Below, in pieces: positions 35,223 to 47,278 of a stretch of DNA of 64,000 nucleotides (its first letter is position 1; every line of letters starts with the position of its first letter). This stretch comes from Selaginella moellendorffii (lineage: Eukaryota; Plantae; Lycopodiophyta), in contig NW_003314327.1 in assembly GCF_000143415.4 (NCBI RefSeq), positions 211,116-275,115 of the forward strand, written 5' to 3'. The translations under genes were made by a program, and so were the position numbers. Below the pieces are notes generated by a model, which saw only the letters and a list, made by a program, of their open reading frames with translations, made no database searches and was not told where the DNA came from.

Positions 35223-36925
35223 TCACTTACAGTTGCAGCGGACGGGCGTACACTTCTTGCAGCGCGAGAAGCATCCCAGGAAGGACTTGGTTCGCTCCGA
35301 GGGCCAGTGCCAAGTGTTGTAAGACATGGCCTTGCTGGACGAATCGTCGAGCTGCTCCAACGTCTTGACGATCTCTGGGAAGCCGGGCCTCTTGTCCGGA
35401 TTAGCGGACCAGCATCTTCGCATCAGCGCGGCCAGTGCGCTTGGACAGTTCTCGGGCACCTCGGGCCGCGCGTCCTAGATAAAAGGCAAAGAAACTTCGA
35501 TCAGGGCTGGAAGGAAGAACACGATGACGACGACTTCGAAGAACAAAAAAGAAGCAAAGGAAAAAAGGCGAGAGCTACACACCTTGTGAAGAACAGCGTA
35601 CGCGACTTGCACGGCTTGCATTTCTTGGAAGGGGACTTGGCCGGTGACGAGCTCCCACAGGACGATGCCGAAGCTGTAAACGTCGACTTTGGTGGAGCAC
35701 TTGTTCTTGCCGCTGATCATCTCGGGCGCCATCCAGCGGTACGTGCCCACGTCCGCCTTGCCGACGCTGGGGGCGTCCGCCTCGCACCGCGCGACGCCAA
35801 AGTCCGTGATCTTGACGCACATATCGCCGTCCAGGACGAGGTTCTCCGACTTGAGATCGCCGTGGATGACGCGCTGCGAGTGGATGTACTCCATCCCCCG
35901 CGCGATGTCCATGGCCATGCCCAGCGTCACCTTGAGTGGCAGCGAGCTGGGCTCGTTCTTGTGGAGGAATCCGCGCAGCGAGCCACCCGCAAGGTACTCG
36001 GTCACGACGCAGTACACGGGTGGCTTCTTGCAAGCCGCGACGAACTGCAATGCAAAAGAACGAAGAAAGTGAGCGAGCGTTCGCGCAAAGTTGTCACGAC
36101 CAAAATGCTGCTAGATCATCTTCTTTTCTTCGGGAGAGAAGAAAAGAAGCCATGAATTCTCAGAGAGAGAAAGAAGCCACAATCTCAGCCATGCCACTCG
36201 ATCGAAAAGGTAAAGAAAATGCCGACAAGCACGAATTCTCGATCAAGAACGCGAGGAGGGGCCAGAGATTTATGAGAAAACCATGCCGCTCGTCAAGATC
36301 AATCGAAAAAGAAAAAGGAGAAGGAATCGACCTGGACGATGTTACGGTGATGGAGACGCGAGAGCAGCGAGACCTCATGCGCGAATTGCCTATCCACCAT
36401 CCGGGACACCTCCTCGTCCTCGTCCGGCTGCCTCATCACCTTGACAGCCACGGCCTTGCCTTTGTAGATCCCGTGATAGAGCCGGCTGTGCGCTCCCGAC
36501 GCGAATTTGTGGCCCAAGAACAGCTGCGTCATGTCCACTACCCATTCCTCCGATCGCTCTACCGCCTTGACCTCGCCAATCCCTTCCAGGTACTGCGACC
36601 ACGATTCCACGCGCTTGGGGACGAGAGCTCTCCCTGGTGCGTTCCCGTGGACGAATTCCTCCACGGTTCTCGCGGGCGATGCGAAGGGGGAGCTCCTGTT
36701 GCTGGAGGGGAGGGAGTAATCCGACGAGGAATCGATGAACAGCCGCTTCTTGAATATTTCGAGCGGGATTTCTTCGTGAGACCTGGAGCGCAGCGGCGGC
36801 TTGCCGATCTTTTGATGCGGGAAGCAAAGATCGGGGATATTTCGAGCGTCGATCCGGTGGCAGACGGAGCGGGAGAAGCTGCAGCGGCCGAGCCATGCCG
36901 ATTCCGAGGGATTCTCGCGCGCCAT
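35223..36925 (-). CDS. Raf-like (group C, HT1/Raf36-related) protein kinase
   Basis: EEWVVDMTQLFLGHKFASGAHSRLYHG, VAVK, HGDLKSEN, DFG, GTYRWMAPE, DVYSFGIVLWE; two introns. Confidence 0.92.
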
Positions 36926-37662
36926 CGCCAGAAAAGAATGGAGGAGAAGACGAAGAAGAGGGAAGAAAAGAATCCAACTGCAAGAACACGACAGAGGAGT
37001 ATTCCAATCCCCCTCTCTCACACCGCGCCCTCGCCTTCCTGATCATCCATGTCAATCAGCCTCAAACACATCGTCGCGGAGAGAGAGCCCCATTCCTCCT
37101 CCTCGTCCAAGAGCCCTAAACTCCTCGCTCGCGCTCATATAGATCTCCGCCGTCGCTTGCGCGTATCTCACGGCCAGTGTGGGCCCGCGCGCCGTCACCG
37201 TCGGATGCCCGGCACCAACTGCTGGGATTCCTCCCCTACAAGATCATGTCATGCACGAACCACGCACTAAAAAATCACCGTTATTTTTTAATACTCCGCT
37301 AAACTTTCCTTGCAGTAGCCGCGAGCAAGTTGAGCCTTCAAAGATAAGAGAGGAAACATTGCAACTTGTATGTAAAAGTTGTTTTGGTTGCAACTTGGCT
37401 GATCTCACAAAGAAATCCTCCTGGGCATTTGTCGTTGACTTGTTAGGGCTAGTGTTTGATCACGGGCGCCCGCTGCTGGGCTTGTGCCGGGGGAGTCAAA
37501 TCTTTCCTGCCCGGGATTTCGATGGCATGGAGAAAATATGGAACTCGTGAAATCGCATCTAGCGGGATCGCCTTGGACTAAATTAATCTGGTGTATGCTT
37601 TTGTGAGAGAGTCAGTCCGGTACGGGGATGTACACGTACGGGTGGGCACGGCTAGTGACAGA

Positions 37663-37690
37663 GATGGATGGATGGATGGATGGATGGACG
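37663..37690. repeat. (GGAT)n microsatellite
   Basis: gatggatggatggatggatggatggacgg. Confidence 0.9.
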
Positions 37691-38199
37691 GACCACGCTC
37701 TTTTTCTCTTTCGGCCCTAGGGAGGAAAAAATGTGGCGCATCAAGAAGATGGCCAGTGGTGGTCCATTCCAACACCTTTTGGGGTGCATTGGATATTTCC
37801 TGGTATATGCAGGGATGGAGCTTCGTTTGTTGGAATAATCAAAATATTATTCCCTTATTTTAATGAATAATTTTTAGTTAGTTTTATCTTTGGATCTATA
37901 ATCTTTGTATTATTGGATATTAGCTACAAATTTGATAATTTAGAATTTAAAATTTTTCATACCAAAACAGTAACCAAGCTATTGTTCACCAATCAAAATC
38001 ATAATGAAGTGGCAATTATATATTTATGCCGTTAGATATCTTCATCTCCAGCAGAAAATTTCATTTTCTTATTTAGATTTTTACCAAAATAATAACACAT
38101 TGCTATATTATGATTTATATAATTCACAAAATAATTATCATTATGAGTTTTGCCATCTAGCACCTCATAATGCTATTAATGTCTTTTATGTTTTATTAA

Positions 38200-38420
38200 T
38201 TTGATATTTAAATGTATTAAATTTTAAATTATAATAACATTAAGCTATTAAATGACTACCTAAACTTCAAAGTTTCTTTATAGAAACTAAATTTATTAAA
38301 TAAAGTTAAAAGTTATAATATTAAAAGTTATTTTAACATTTTTTAATTTTTAAAAGTTATAATATTAAATTATAATTATAATCTATTATTTTTATGATAA
38401 TTTCTAATAAATACTTATGG
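38200..38420. repeat. AT-rich low-complexity tract with repeated AAAAGTTATAATATTA units
   Basis: Unit seen at ~38308 and ~38352 within an extremely AT-rich intergenic stretch. Confidence 0.6.
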
Positions 38421-39522
38421 ATGATAAATTATAGAATTAACTTAGGGGAGACTTATGGTGAAGGAAAATTGATTCCAAATGATTTCCTTGTTAATTTCTG
38501 AGATGGGTTGAAATTCCTAAAATTTATGTATTATTGTTTGCTAATTATTTCAAAGATATATAAATATAGTAACTCTTTATCCCCAAAGACAATCTGATAT
38601 TTATAAACCATATTTTTAATAATTAAGGCAATAAAATTTAATATTTTAAACCATATTCAAAGTAGCTTATTTTATCATTATATTACCTCAATTTTATGAT
38701 TTATGTAATACTATTCTCTTTTATGTAAAATATATTTTTGTTGTTTAATATTAAAACAAAGAAACTTTTTGAATATTCACGTGATTATTGTAAGGATTGG
38801 CTAGTTTCATATATGTTTTATATGATTCATATGTTTACATATTGGAAGCTAGAAGAGAATGCAGTGAAGGTACGAAAAAGAGCCCCTCAGATGGGAACAT
38901 TATCTTATGACAAATTTGAATGTCATTTTAGAAATATTATCCTCGCTTGAGGGTGCATGCTCACGTCGTCGTGCGTGAATATGAGTTTGGCACCAGCTAG
39001 TGCTCTGTTATAAGTCGCCGATGGATTTAGCCTTGCTAGTAAAAATCGGGCCTGGGGCTCAACAAGAAACATTGAATCCACCAAAAGCCACAAACAGTTT
39101 TACCCGGGAACATACACTAGAAGATGGAGGCAATTCCGATCCTGGTGGAGTGCTCATGGAATACGACACCAGGGACGGTTGAATCATCAAAAAGAAATTT
39201 TTGTCAGTGTTTCTCGCATTCTGAAGTGTGCAGTCTCGTTGATAAACACCTGGAAAACAGCACATTGAGACACATGAAAACAAGTGGGGCAACGAACTTT
39301 GCTCAGACGGATCGTCTTTCCACCAATTCTAGGGCAAATAGTCCGCTCCGAGAATCTTTGCAAGCTTGAAATCGTTGGCGCTCTAGCCAGCTCGAAAATG
39401 TTTTTGAACCTAGGGCTTTATGTATAGATCCGGTCAACAAACATTTGACCATCGTCTTGACTAGCGAGGGATTGACTACACAATGTCGTGTTGTTCTCTA
39501 TGGATGCATTTTTTTTGCCCTT

Positions 39523-41249
39523 TCACGTTTTTTGCCTCACTCTTCTACCATTCACGTCGCCACCGTCGGAGAGTTGGCCCCAAATGTAGCCACCTTTACC
39601 ACCACTTCCCACGAATAAATCTTTCCCTACTCCAGCTACAGTCTTGAGAAGATCAAACAGCAGCACTGGACAGCTCTCGCGGAGATAGTCGTATCCCTCG
39701 GATTGCATCACGGCTGGAAGCGCGAGTAAGAGATTTAGAAGCAATCGGTCGATGAAAAGAGACTAGAAACTTACCCGAGAGATTGTCCGCGGCGTACTTC
39801 AGGCACACTCCTTTGAGCTGGGAAGCGTGGTGGAGCTCCGCGAGAGCCAGCGTTGTCGCCACTGTGTCCACGCTCACGGTCTCGCAGAGCTTGGCCTCGC
39901 ACAGGAGTCTCAAGCGATCTAGTCCGTATCTATCGGCGGCTGCTAGCAAGTGCTGGTAGAGGAGAGTCGGGGACGAGGAGGACGAAACTCCCGAGAGCTC
40001 GGCCGTGTCAGGAAGAGCGTCCGTGTACATGAACTGTAGCATTGCCTGCAACAAGATCGCAACTCATTCAGTCTAGCTTAGCATCGATCGTCAAGAACGA
40101 AAAGAAAGAAATAAAGCGTGACTTGCGTACCTTAAAGACTGGAGCTAAAATGTCTTCTACTCGTAGAACATCACTGGTGCGCTCCCGGAGAGGCCCCATA
40201 AGCTGCGCCTTGAAAACTGGAGATCGGGCCGCAAGCACAAGCTTGTGAGCCTTGAACGTCTCCCCGTCCGCGTCAAAGGTGAGATCGGCGCCCTCTCCGC
40301 TCTCGAAAAGAGCTCCAAAGTGCTTACCAATATCCTGCTCCGGTGGCTGGATAGAATAGATCTTTGTGACTTGTGTCCACGACATGACGACGCCAACGGT
40401 ACACGTTATGTCAAGGCTGTCGTTGTTCAAATAGTCCGACATCTCCAGCGCCTCTCGCCTAAAGAAACGCTTGTATCCCCTGGAACAGTACGAGAATATA
40501 AGAAGGAAATTAAACAAATGTGGAAGATCAATTAGGAACATCACTGAGTAAACAACTCGAGAAAGCGCGAGAACAAACACAAACACGCAGGATCGAAAAA
40601 AAAGAAGCTTTTGACGCCTCTGTACCATACGAATCCAGAAAGGAAGAACAAAACCTCTATACAAACAGTCACCATCCACGAAAACGATTAAAGAATCTTC
40701 ACGAGCTACAAACTCTAGAAACAAACACAAAGCAGAAGTATAAAACTCTCCCAACCAACACAAAGAAACAAAGAACACAAAGAAAGAACCAAGAAATCTT
40801 AAACAAGCCCACCAAGAAAGAGTAGAGAAAACTTCTACGTACCACATGCTGCCGCGGTACTTCAAAGTGTAGGGACCTCCCTCTAAAGATCGATCAAAAT
40901 GGCTGTGGACTTTGTGCTTGCCTTTCCCACTTTGATCCACCAGCGTGAGCTCAAACAGCGCCCGGACGTCGGTGCCGTCGCTGGCGAGCGCGATGAACAC
41001 CGAGACGTAGAGAGAATTGTCCTCGGCGTTCTTCCCATCTGGATAGAAGTAAATCGCCCACTGGTAGCCGCCGACCGTGAAAGTGTTGCTGGCTATATAC
41101 TTCCCAACGCCCATGCCTTTGGCCAGCGAATATCCGTTGATCGTGAAATGATGCGACCCATTCTTCGTCTCCGTCACACTACGCGATCTCGAGGGCGTGC
41201 TGCTCACAACACCTTCCTGCTGTAATGCCACTGCTGGAGCCCGTGCCAT
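39523..41249 (-). CDS. BPM: MATH-BTB/POZ protein (CUL3 substrate adaptor)
   Basis: [71 protein letters not shown]-terminal GRRVRQKT; three introns. Confidence 0.95.
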
Positions 41250-41890
41250 GGAAATCCAAGCTCATTCTTCCTCCTCCAGCCTCATCGAGATTGATGATTC
41301 GCGACGGCGACGGCGACGACGAAGAAGTGGAAGAAATCCGAGGAACTCGCGGAAATATCCTAGGTTACCTTCGGCCGCGGTAGAAGCGAGCGAAATCGCG
41401 GCCCCAGCTGCGAGAATCACCGACGGATCTTGCGATTTTCCGCGGTGCACGGCGCCGATCCGTCCAATCCCTGGCAAATGCCGACCGGCGACTCCCGTGG
41501 CGTGGGTCAGGAATGCAAGTTTCTTTGCGCGGCCGCCATAGCCCTATTTGATTCCGGTCGCCATAGCCGTGCTCATGGATGCATGACCATGATGATCCAC
41601 CGTCGATTCGCTGATACGGACGGTTTAGATTCCAAAGGAATTTGCTTGCATTATTTCTTGTACGACCTCTAGGTACGGACGTTTTAGGGCTCTCTTTGTG
41701 CCGCACTCTTTTGTTTGTTCGACCTGTGCGTCTTGCGGCGGTCGCCGCATTCTTTCTCTATCGATTCTCCGCACGGCGCGATCGATCCAATCGCTAGGTC
41801 CGAGGAATCGGGCAATCCAATCGAGGGATCGAGCGAAGATTATGAGGGCGTGGCTACATTCCCAGAGCAAAGATTGGTGAGTAGCGGAGC

Positions 41891-43634
41891 ATGCTACCAT
41901 GGGGCGGCATCACAATGTGCCTGAGCGGTGTGGCGCTCTATTTTCTCAGTCGCAACAGCGGCAGGTACCTTCGATCTTTCTTCTCATCGATCGATTCGCG
42001 ATTCATAGGTTTCCATTTTTTGTTCTCCTTACAGAGACGCTGCCACGCTGAAAGCGGTCAGAAGGGTCGATCAATTGAAAGACTTAGGTCTGTAGTCTGG
42101 ATTTCGTCATGACACTTTCTTTGCTTATGGAAAATTTGGTTGTTTTGGCAGCACATTTGCTCGACTCGGCTTGCAAAGCTGTGCCGCTGGTCGTCACCGT
42201 CGCGGGTCGTGTTGGCTCGGAGACGCCGATCGGCTGCGACCATAGCAGCTTGAGGTGTGTCATTTTGGAAGAAACGGTGGGTGCTCCGATTTTAATTCTT
42301 TTTACTTTCCCGTGGATCGGTTCAGAAGCATTGAGAGTGCGTCGTTGCATTAGGCAGAGCAGCATTTTTTGAAGCACAATGACACCGGCTCCTGGATTCA
42401 AGACTCGGCTCTCATGCTTTCAAACAACAAGGAGGTTCCTTGGTTCTTGGTGAGTGCTTTTTTCCTTGTCTTAAACTATTTTTCCTGCAGGTTACACCTT
42501 GTCGAGCGTCTCACGTTTTAATTGCAGGAGGATGCCAGTGGCCGAGTCTTCATTGTTGGAGCACGGGGAGCTGCTGGCCTGGAACTCACGATCGCTAGTG
42601 AGGTTTTTGAAGAGTCCGGTCGGTCCCTCGTTCGGGGAACCTTGGATTATCTGCAAGGTCTCAAGGTGCCTCGTGCTTTTCGATTTTTTTCCCGATTGTT
42701 TTTTTCACTTGCTACGCTCTGTCAGATGCTCGGAGTGAAGCGTGTGGAAAGGGTTCTACCGACTGGAACTGCTCTTACAGTTGTTGGAGAAGTAAGTACT
42801 CATGGTAGCCTTAATGGTTTTCTTCAATACAACTTTTAGGCAATCAAAGACGATCAAGGAACGCTGAGAATCCAGAGGCCACATAAAGGACCATTTTACG
42901 TTACTCCAAAAAGCATCGATCAGCTGATCGCGAATCTGGGAAAGTGGTCAAGGTGAGTGTGTGCCATCGTTTGGCAATGTATGAGACTTACAGATGCGTT
43001 TTGCAGATGGTACAAGTACATGTCTTTGGGCTTCACTTTATTCGGTGTTTTCCTTGTGGCCTCACATACCATCAGATATGTCATGGAGAAGCGGAGAAGA
43101 GCGGCCTTGAACAGAAGGTATTCCTCTAAACTCACAACCTTTCTCGCTTGCCGGACTAACAAAATTAGTTTCTTGCCAGAGTAATGGAAGCTGCTGCACG
43201 AAGGCGTGAACGGAAAGAGCACGAAGGCAAAGCCCGTCCTCTATTTTGTTTTTATTTTTCCATTGCACTGATTCGTTTGCTTTCTTGTCTGTTATCAGAA
43301 GTTGGCGAGTTTGCCAAGGTGGAAACCGCAACAAAACGAGACGGGCGCCTACCCGACCTATGCGTGATTTGTCTGGAGCAAGAATACAACGCTGTCTTTG
43401 TCCCGTAAGTTCTGTCGCACCTAAAGATCTTTTTATTTTTATTTTTTTGCTTTCTCTTCTCTCAAACGGGGGAAAGTGAAGTTTTCTTGGAAGAACTTGT
43501 GACTGATTCGCGTGTCCTGGATTGTTCGCAGATGCGGTCACATGTGTTGTTGCATATCCTGCTCGGCTCAGCTGCAAAATTGCCCATTGTGTCGGCGTCG
43601 GATCGAGCAGATTGTGAAGACTTACAGGCATTAG
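41891..43634 (+). CDS. SP1: Chloroplast outer-membrane RING E3 ligase (SP1/MUL1 family, GIDE domain)
   Basis: MLPWGGITMCLSGVALYFL, VAGRVGSETPI, GVKRVERVLPTGT, RPHKGPFYV, C-terminal RING DLCVICLEQEYNAVFVPCGHMCCC...CPLCRRRIEQIVKTYRH. Confidence 0.94.
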
Positions 43635-44035
43635 AGTTTGGTGCGCTCGAACGCGAAAGAAGAACGGAAACGAAGACGAAAAAGAACGAGTTTTTACTAT
43701 GGTTTGATTTGGAGCTCTTTTGTGTACATACAAACGCCAGTTTGGTTTGAATGTGGAGCGTAAGATTCACGTGTGTGATCCGACGGCCCACATCGAGCTT
43801 CCGCAACCCTCCACGCGCTGCGGTACAGTGTACGGCTAGTGGACACGTCAGTGGCGGCGAATATTCGCGTGAGATATACCGCGAGAGAAGACTACCCTAT
43901 ACGATGGCGCTCTTCCTGGAAGGAGAGGCTGTTCGTCGAGTGACGAGGAGGACGAGGAGCTGGCGATGCGCCATCGCCGCGGCGAGATTTCGTGAGTAGC
44001 GGGGATTTTCGATGGATCTTGGTTGAATCCGTGAA

Positions 44036-45364
44036 ATGCAGGCGCGAGTGAGGGCCAGGGAATCGCAGGTCGAGTTCCTGGCGATGGAGACGAGCAGTCA
44101 GGGGATTCCAGCTCCTCCGGAGGATTTTCGGTGCCCGATATCGCTGGAGGTGATGGCCGAGCCGGTGATCTTGTGGACGGGGCAGACGTATGATCGGCAG
44201 TCGATCCAGCGATGGCTCGACTCCGGCCACACGACGTGCCCCAAGACGAAGCAGGAGCTCCACGACGACACACGCCTCATCCCCAACTACGCGCTGCGGA
44301 GCTTGATCCAGAGCTGGGCGGCGGCGAATTCGGTGGAGCTCGCCAGTGGCGGCGGCGGCGCTTCTGGCGGCGGTAGCAAGAGCAAGAAGAGCAGCATTTG
44401 CAGCAGCGATTCCTCCTCCAATCGCGCAAGGAAGGAGGCCGTGGAGGCGCTGGTCAGGGGGATCCTGGCCGCCAATCCCGCGTCCTTGATCCGGGACTCG
44501 GTCCGCGAGCTCCGGATTCTGGCCAAGGAGAGCAGGCCCCAGCGCGCGATGATCTGCGAGGCCGGCGGCGTCGCCAAGCTCCTCGACCTCCTCCTCGGCA
44601 AATCCCGGCCAGCCTTCCCCGACCTCCAGAACGAGATTGAGGAGAACGCGGTGGTGGCGCTCCTCAATCTCTGCGCCGACGACGAGAACAAGGTCGGCCT
44701 CGTCGCCGAGGGCGCGGTGGACGCCATCCTCCACATCCTCTCGCGCCACCACCACCAGGCATCCATCGACACCAGGGCCAGCGCCGCGCTCGCAATCACC
44801 AGCCTCGCCATGGTGGACGTGAACAAGGCCATCATTGGGCGGCATCCGGGCGCAATGCCGGGCCTGGTCCGGCTGCTTAGCTCGGGCAGTCCCCGCGGTA
44901 AGAAGGACGCGGCCATCGCGCTCTACAGCCTATGCATGCTACCCGACAACCGGCGCCGCGCGGTAGCCGCCGGCGTCGTGTCCGTGCTGCTGACGGCAGT
45001 CGAGAACGACGCGCGGTACTGCGCGGCACACCTCGCGGCACCGGCCGAGGGCGAGGCCGTGCTGGCGCTGCTCGACGTGCTTGCCACGTGTCCGGAAGGG
45101 AGGGCGGAGATGAGGCTCCGGCGGGGCGTGGTGCCCGCGTTGGTGAGGGTGATGGGCGCCGCTGGTGACTCGGCGGTACCACTGAGGGCGCGGGAGAGCT
45201 GCGCCGCCGTGCTGTATGCCGTGTGCTGCGAGGACGCTACGTGGACGGCCATTGCGCGCGACGCCGGGGCCGCCGCGGTGGCGGGGGAAATGGCGCGCGG
45301 ACTGAATGGGGAGTGCCGCGCGGCGCGAAAGGCCGCCAGCCTCGTCCAGCTGCTCAGTGCATAG
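44036..45364 (+). CDS. Plant U-box/ARM-repeat E3 ligase (PUB), intronless
   Basis: PEDFRCPISLEVMAEPVILWTGQTYDRQSIQRWLDSGHTTCPKT, IPNYALRSLIQSW, ARM repeats (ENAVVALLNL, RGKKDAAIALYSL). Start may be the second ATG. Confidence 0.94.
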   Translation: MQARVRARESQVEFLAMETSSQGIPAPPEDFRCPISLEVMAEPVILWTGQTYDRQSIQRWLDSGHTTCPKTKQELHDDTRLIPNYALRSLIQSWAAANSVELASGGGGASGGGSKSKKSSICSSDSSSNRARKEAVEALVRGILAANPASLIRDSVRELRILAKESRPQRAMICEAGGVAKLLDLLLGKSRPAFPDLQNEIEENAVVALLNLCADDENKVGLVAEGAVDAILHILSRHHHQASIDTRASAALAITSLAMVDVNKAIIGRHPGAMPGLVRLLSSGSPRGKKDAAIALYSLCMLPDNRRRAVAAGVVSVLLTAVENDARYCAAHLAAPAEGEAVLALLDVLATCPEGRAEMRLRRGVVPALVRVMGAAGDSAVPLRARESCAAVLYAVCCEDATWTAIARDAGAAAVAGEMARGLNGECRAARKAASLVQLLSA

Positions 45365-45513
45365 TGAGCGATCTTCTTCCTCCTATCTTAGTCATAGCTA
45401 AATTATTTTTGTTGTAACACCATAACTTCTCTTGTTATATAGCCAATGTATGTTGTAAAATGGCCAAAGATCTTGTTTACTCCTGTTTCTTTCGTCTTGG
45501 AAGATTTGGATTA

Positions 45514-46621
45514 TCAATCGCCACCGCCCCGGATGGTAGTGTTCTTGACAATCTGGAGAAAAGAATTACACGTCAATACGTATCTATTGTCGACAAGAAA
45601 TCTAGTCATGCAAAAAACATTGGCATCTGAAGAAGAAAAAGAAGAGATTGCGTAGCGTACCTGTCGGAGCATGTAGTTTTCTCTTTGAAGCGTCGCGTTT
45701 TTCTCCTCCAGCTCTGCGTTTCTAGTTTCCAGATCCTTGGCCTTTTGCTCCAGCTCGACCAAGTAAGCCTTTTTGCGCTCTCGGGCCTGTTGTGCCGACA
45801 CGCGATTCCTCAGCAACCTGTTCAAACCACCAGAAAAAAAAAAGAAAAAAAAAAAAGAGATATTTTTCTTAATATGGACATTTCTGGAACTTCTAAAAAG
45901 GAAAATTACCTCTTTAGTCGCTTGCCTTCCTTGTCATTGGAAGAGCCTCCGGATCGCCTTCTCGACGACGAGCTTCCACCGACAAGCTTCTGAGAGCGAC
46001 CTTTGCTGCTCTTCTCGGGGAGCTCGGGCACTCGTCTGATATCCGAGTCGCTATCGTTGCCTTCGTCTGCAATATTCAATCGATCGCGAGTAAACACGCG
46101 AGCAACAGGAGAAAGAAAACGAAAGACCAATGGTCACGCACCGTCTTTCTTCATGTCCGATGAGCCGGAGATGTTCGAAACAGAGGGCCTGTCTGATCCA
46201 TGCCTCGATGACGAATTCGTCCAGTTGGACTCGCTCGTCCAATTCCTGGTGATGGTGTCGGTGGCGCTGTTTGGTGGCTCCAAAGGTTGGATTTTTCCGT
46301 CGATGACGGGCTTCCAAGCCCCTGCAAACGACTTGCAGCCGAAATTGGCAATGCTGGCCGCCGCCTGGCTCTCGTATCCAACAGACTCGATATCACACTC
46401 AGCTGAAGAAACCAAAACACGGAAGAAGAGCTCTCATCAGGATCAAGAAACGAATAAAAAAATCTAAACTTCTACTCACCTTTGAGGCTGCTCAAATCAT
46501 CCACGACCTCGGCATTCTCCGCTGCTTCACCACCAATCGAGCCTTTCTTCCGCGACAAATTCTCCACCCCGCCGGGATTGAAACTCGCAACCGGCCTCTT
46601 CACCGCGGACGCCGATCGCAT
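45514..46621 (-). CDS. HY5: HY5-like bZIP transcription factor with extended N-terminus
   Basis: COP1-binding VP motif [12 protein letters not shown]; b[27 protein letters not shown]...[16 protein letters not shown]. Five exons; phases checked for the two upstream exons. Confidence 0.9.
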
Positions 46622-46764
46622 GACTGAATAGATACTCCTCACACCCCCGAGTCACCGCATTGCGATGGAACCAAAGTTCGCCCCTCCCCCAAGCACTAGC
46701 TCGATCCGGACACCGGAAGCTCTTGGACCGCTTTCAGCTTCTCGGCTAAGAGAGAGAGATATTT

Positions 46765-46940
46765 CACGTGACTATAAGCTGTCTTTCACCGGCGGCCCCG
46801 GTTCCACCCGGTCACCCGCGACTGCATCGAACTCACCCACGCGGCAGCAACCGGCCGGCACCGGCCGAGACGGTGAAGATCACAGAACCGGCCACGTCGC
46901 CCGGCCAATCTAAACCACGCACGTATAGATAGACCACGTA
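46765..46940. promoter_or_regulatory. Cluster of ACGT-core elements (G-box and variants) upstream of HY5-like gene
   Basis: CACGTG 46765-70, CCACGTC 46892-98, CACGTA 46920-25, CCACGTA 46934-40. Confidence 0.5.
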
Positions 46941-47278
46941 GCCGGCCAGCCCACCGTCGGATCCCCCGGAGCTCGACGGCCCGATGCCGTCCACGAGCCC
47001 GAGGACCATCTTTTCATTTCCTTCGCTCGCAGCGCCAAAGCTCTTAGACGGTTTTGCTGTCGCCATCCTCAAACACGAAGAGATCGTCACTGCGGAAAGC
47101 CGACTCGTCTAAAGTTGTGCTCGCCGATGCATTTGCCCGCGCTGATAGTGCTGTTGCCACTTAAAAGAATCTCGTCCTTTTCCTCCTTTACTTTGTGTCG
47201 CCAAACTTCGCCGCCCACTGTACCAGATGATCTTTCGCTGCGAAGAGAGTGGCCAGACTTCTCCTTGCCGATGATTAG

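Noticed and set aside
35220-37055. Long antisense ORFs (35220-36155, 35936-37042), and similarly 43892-44845, 16873-17631, 10182-10676
   Set aside because: Shadow ORFs opposite GC-rich coding exons; no independent motifs.
37860-38950. MITE or other element in the AT-rich stretch
   Set aside because: No terminal inverted repeats or TSD identifiable by eye.
46833-47090. 85-aa ORF as an additional HY5 exon or separate gene
   Set aside because: No recognisable motif or clear splice link; overlaps the ACGT-rich promoter.
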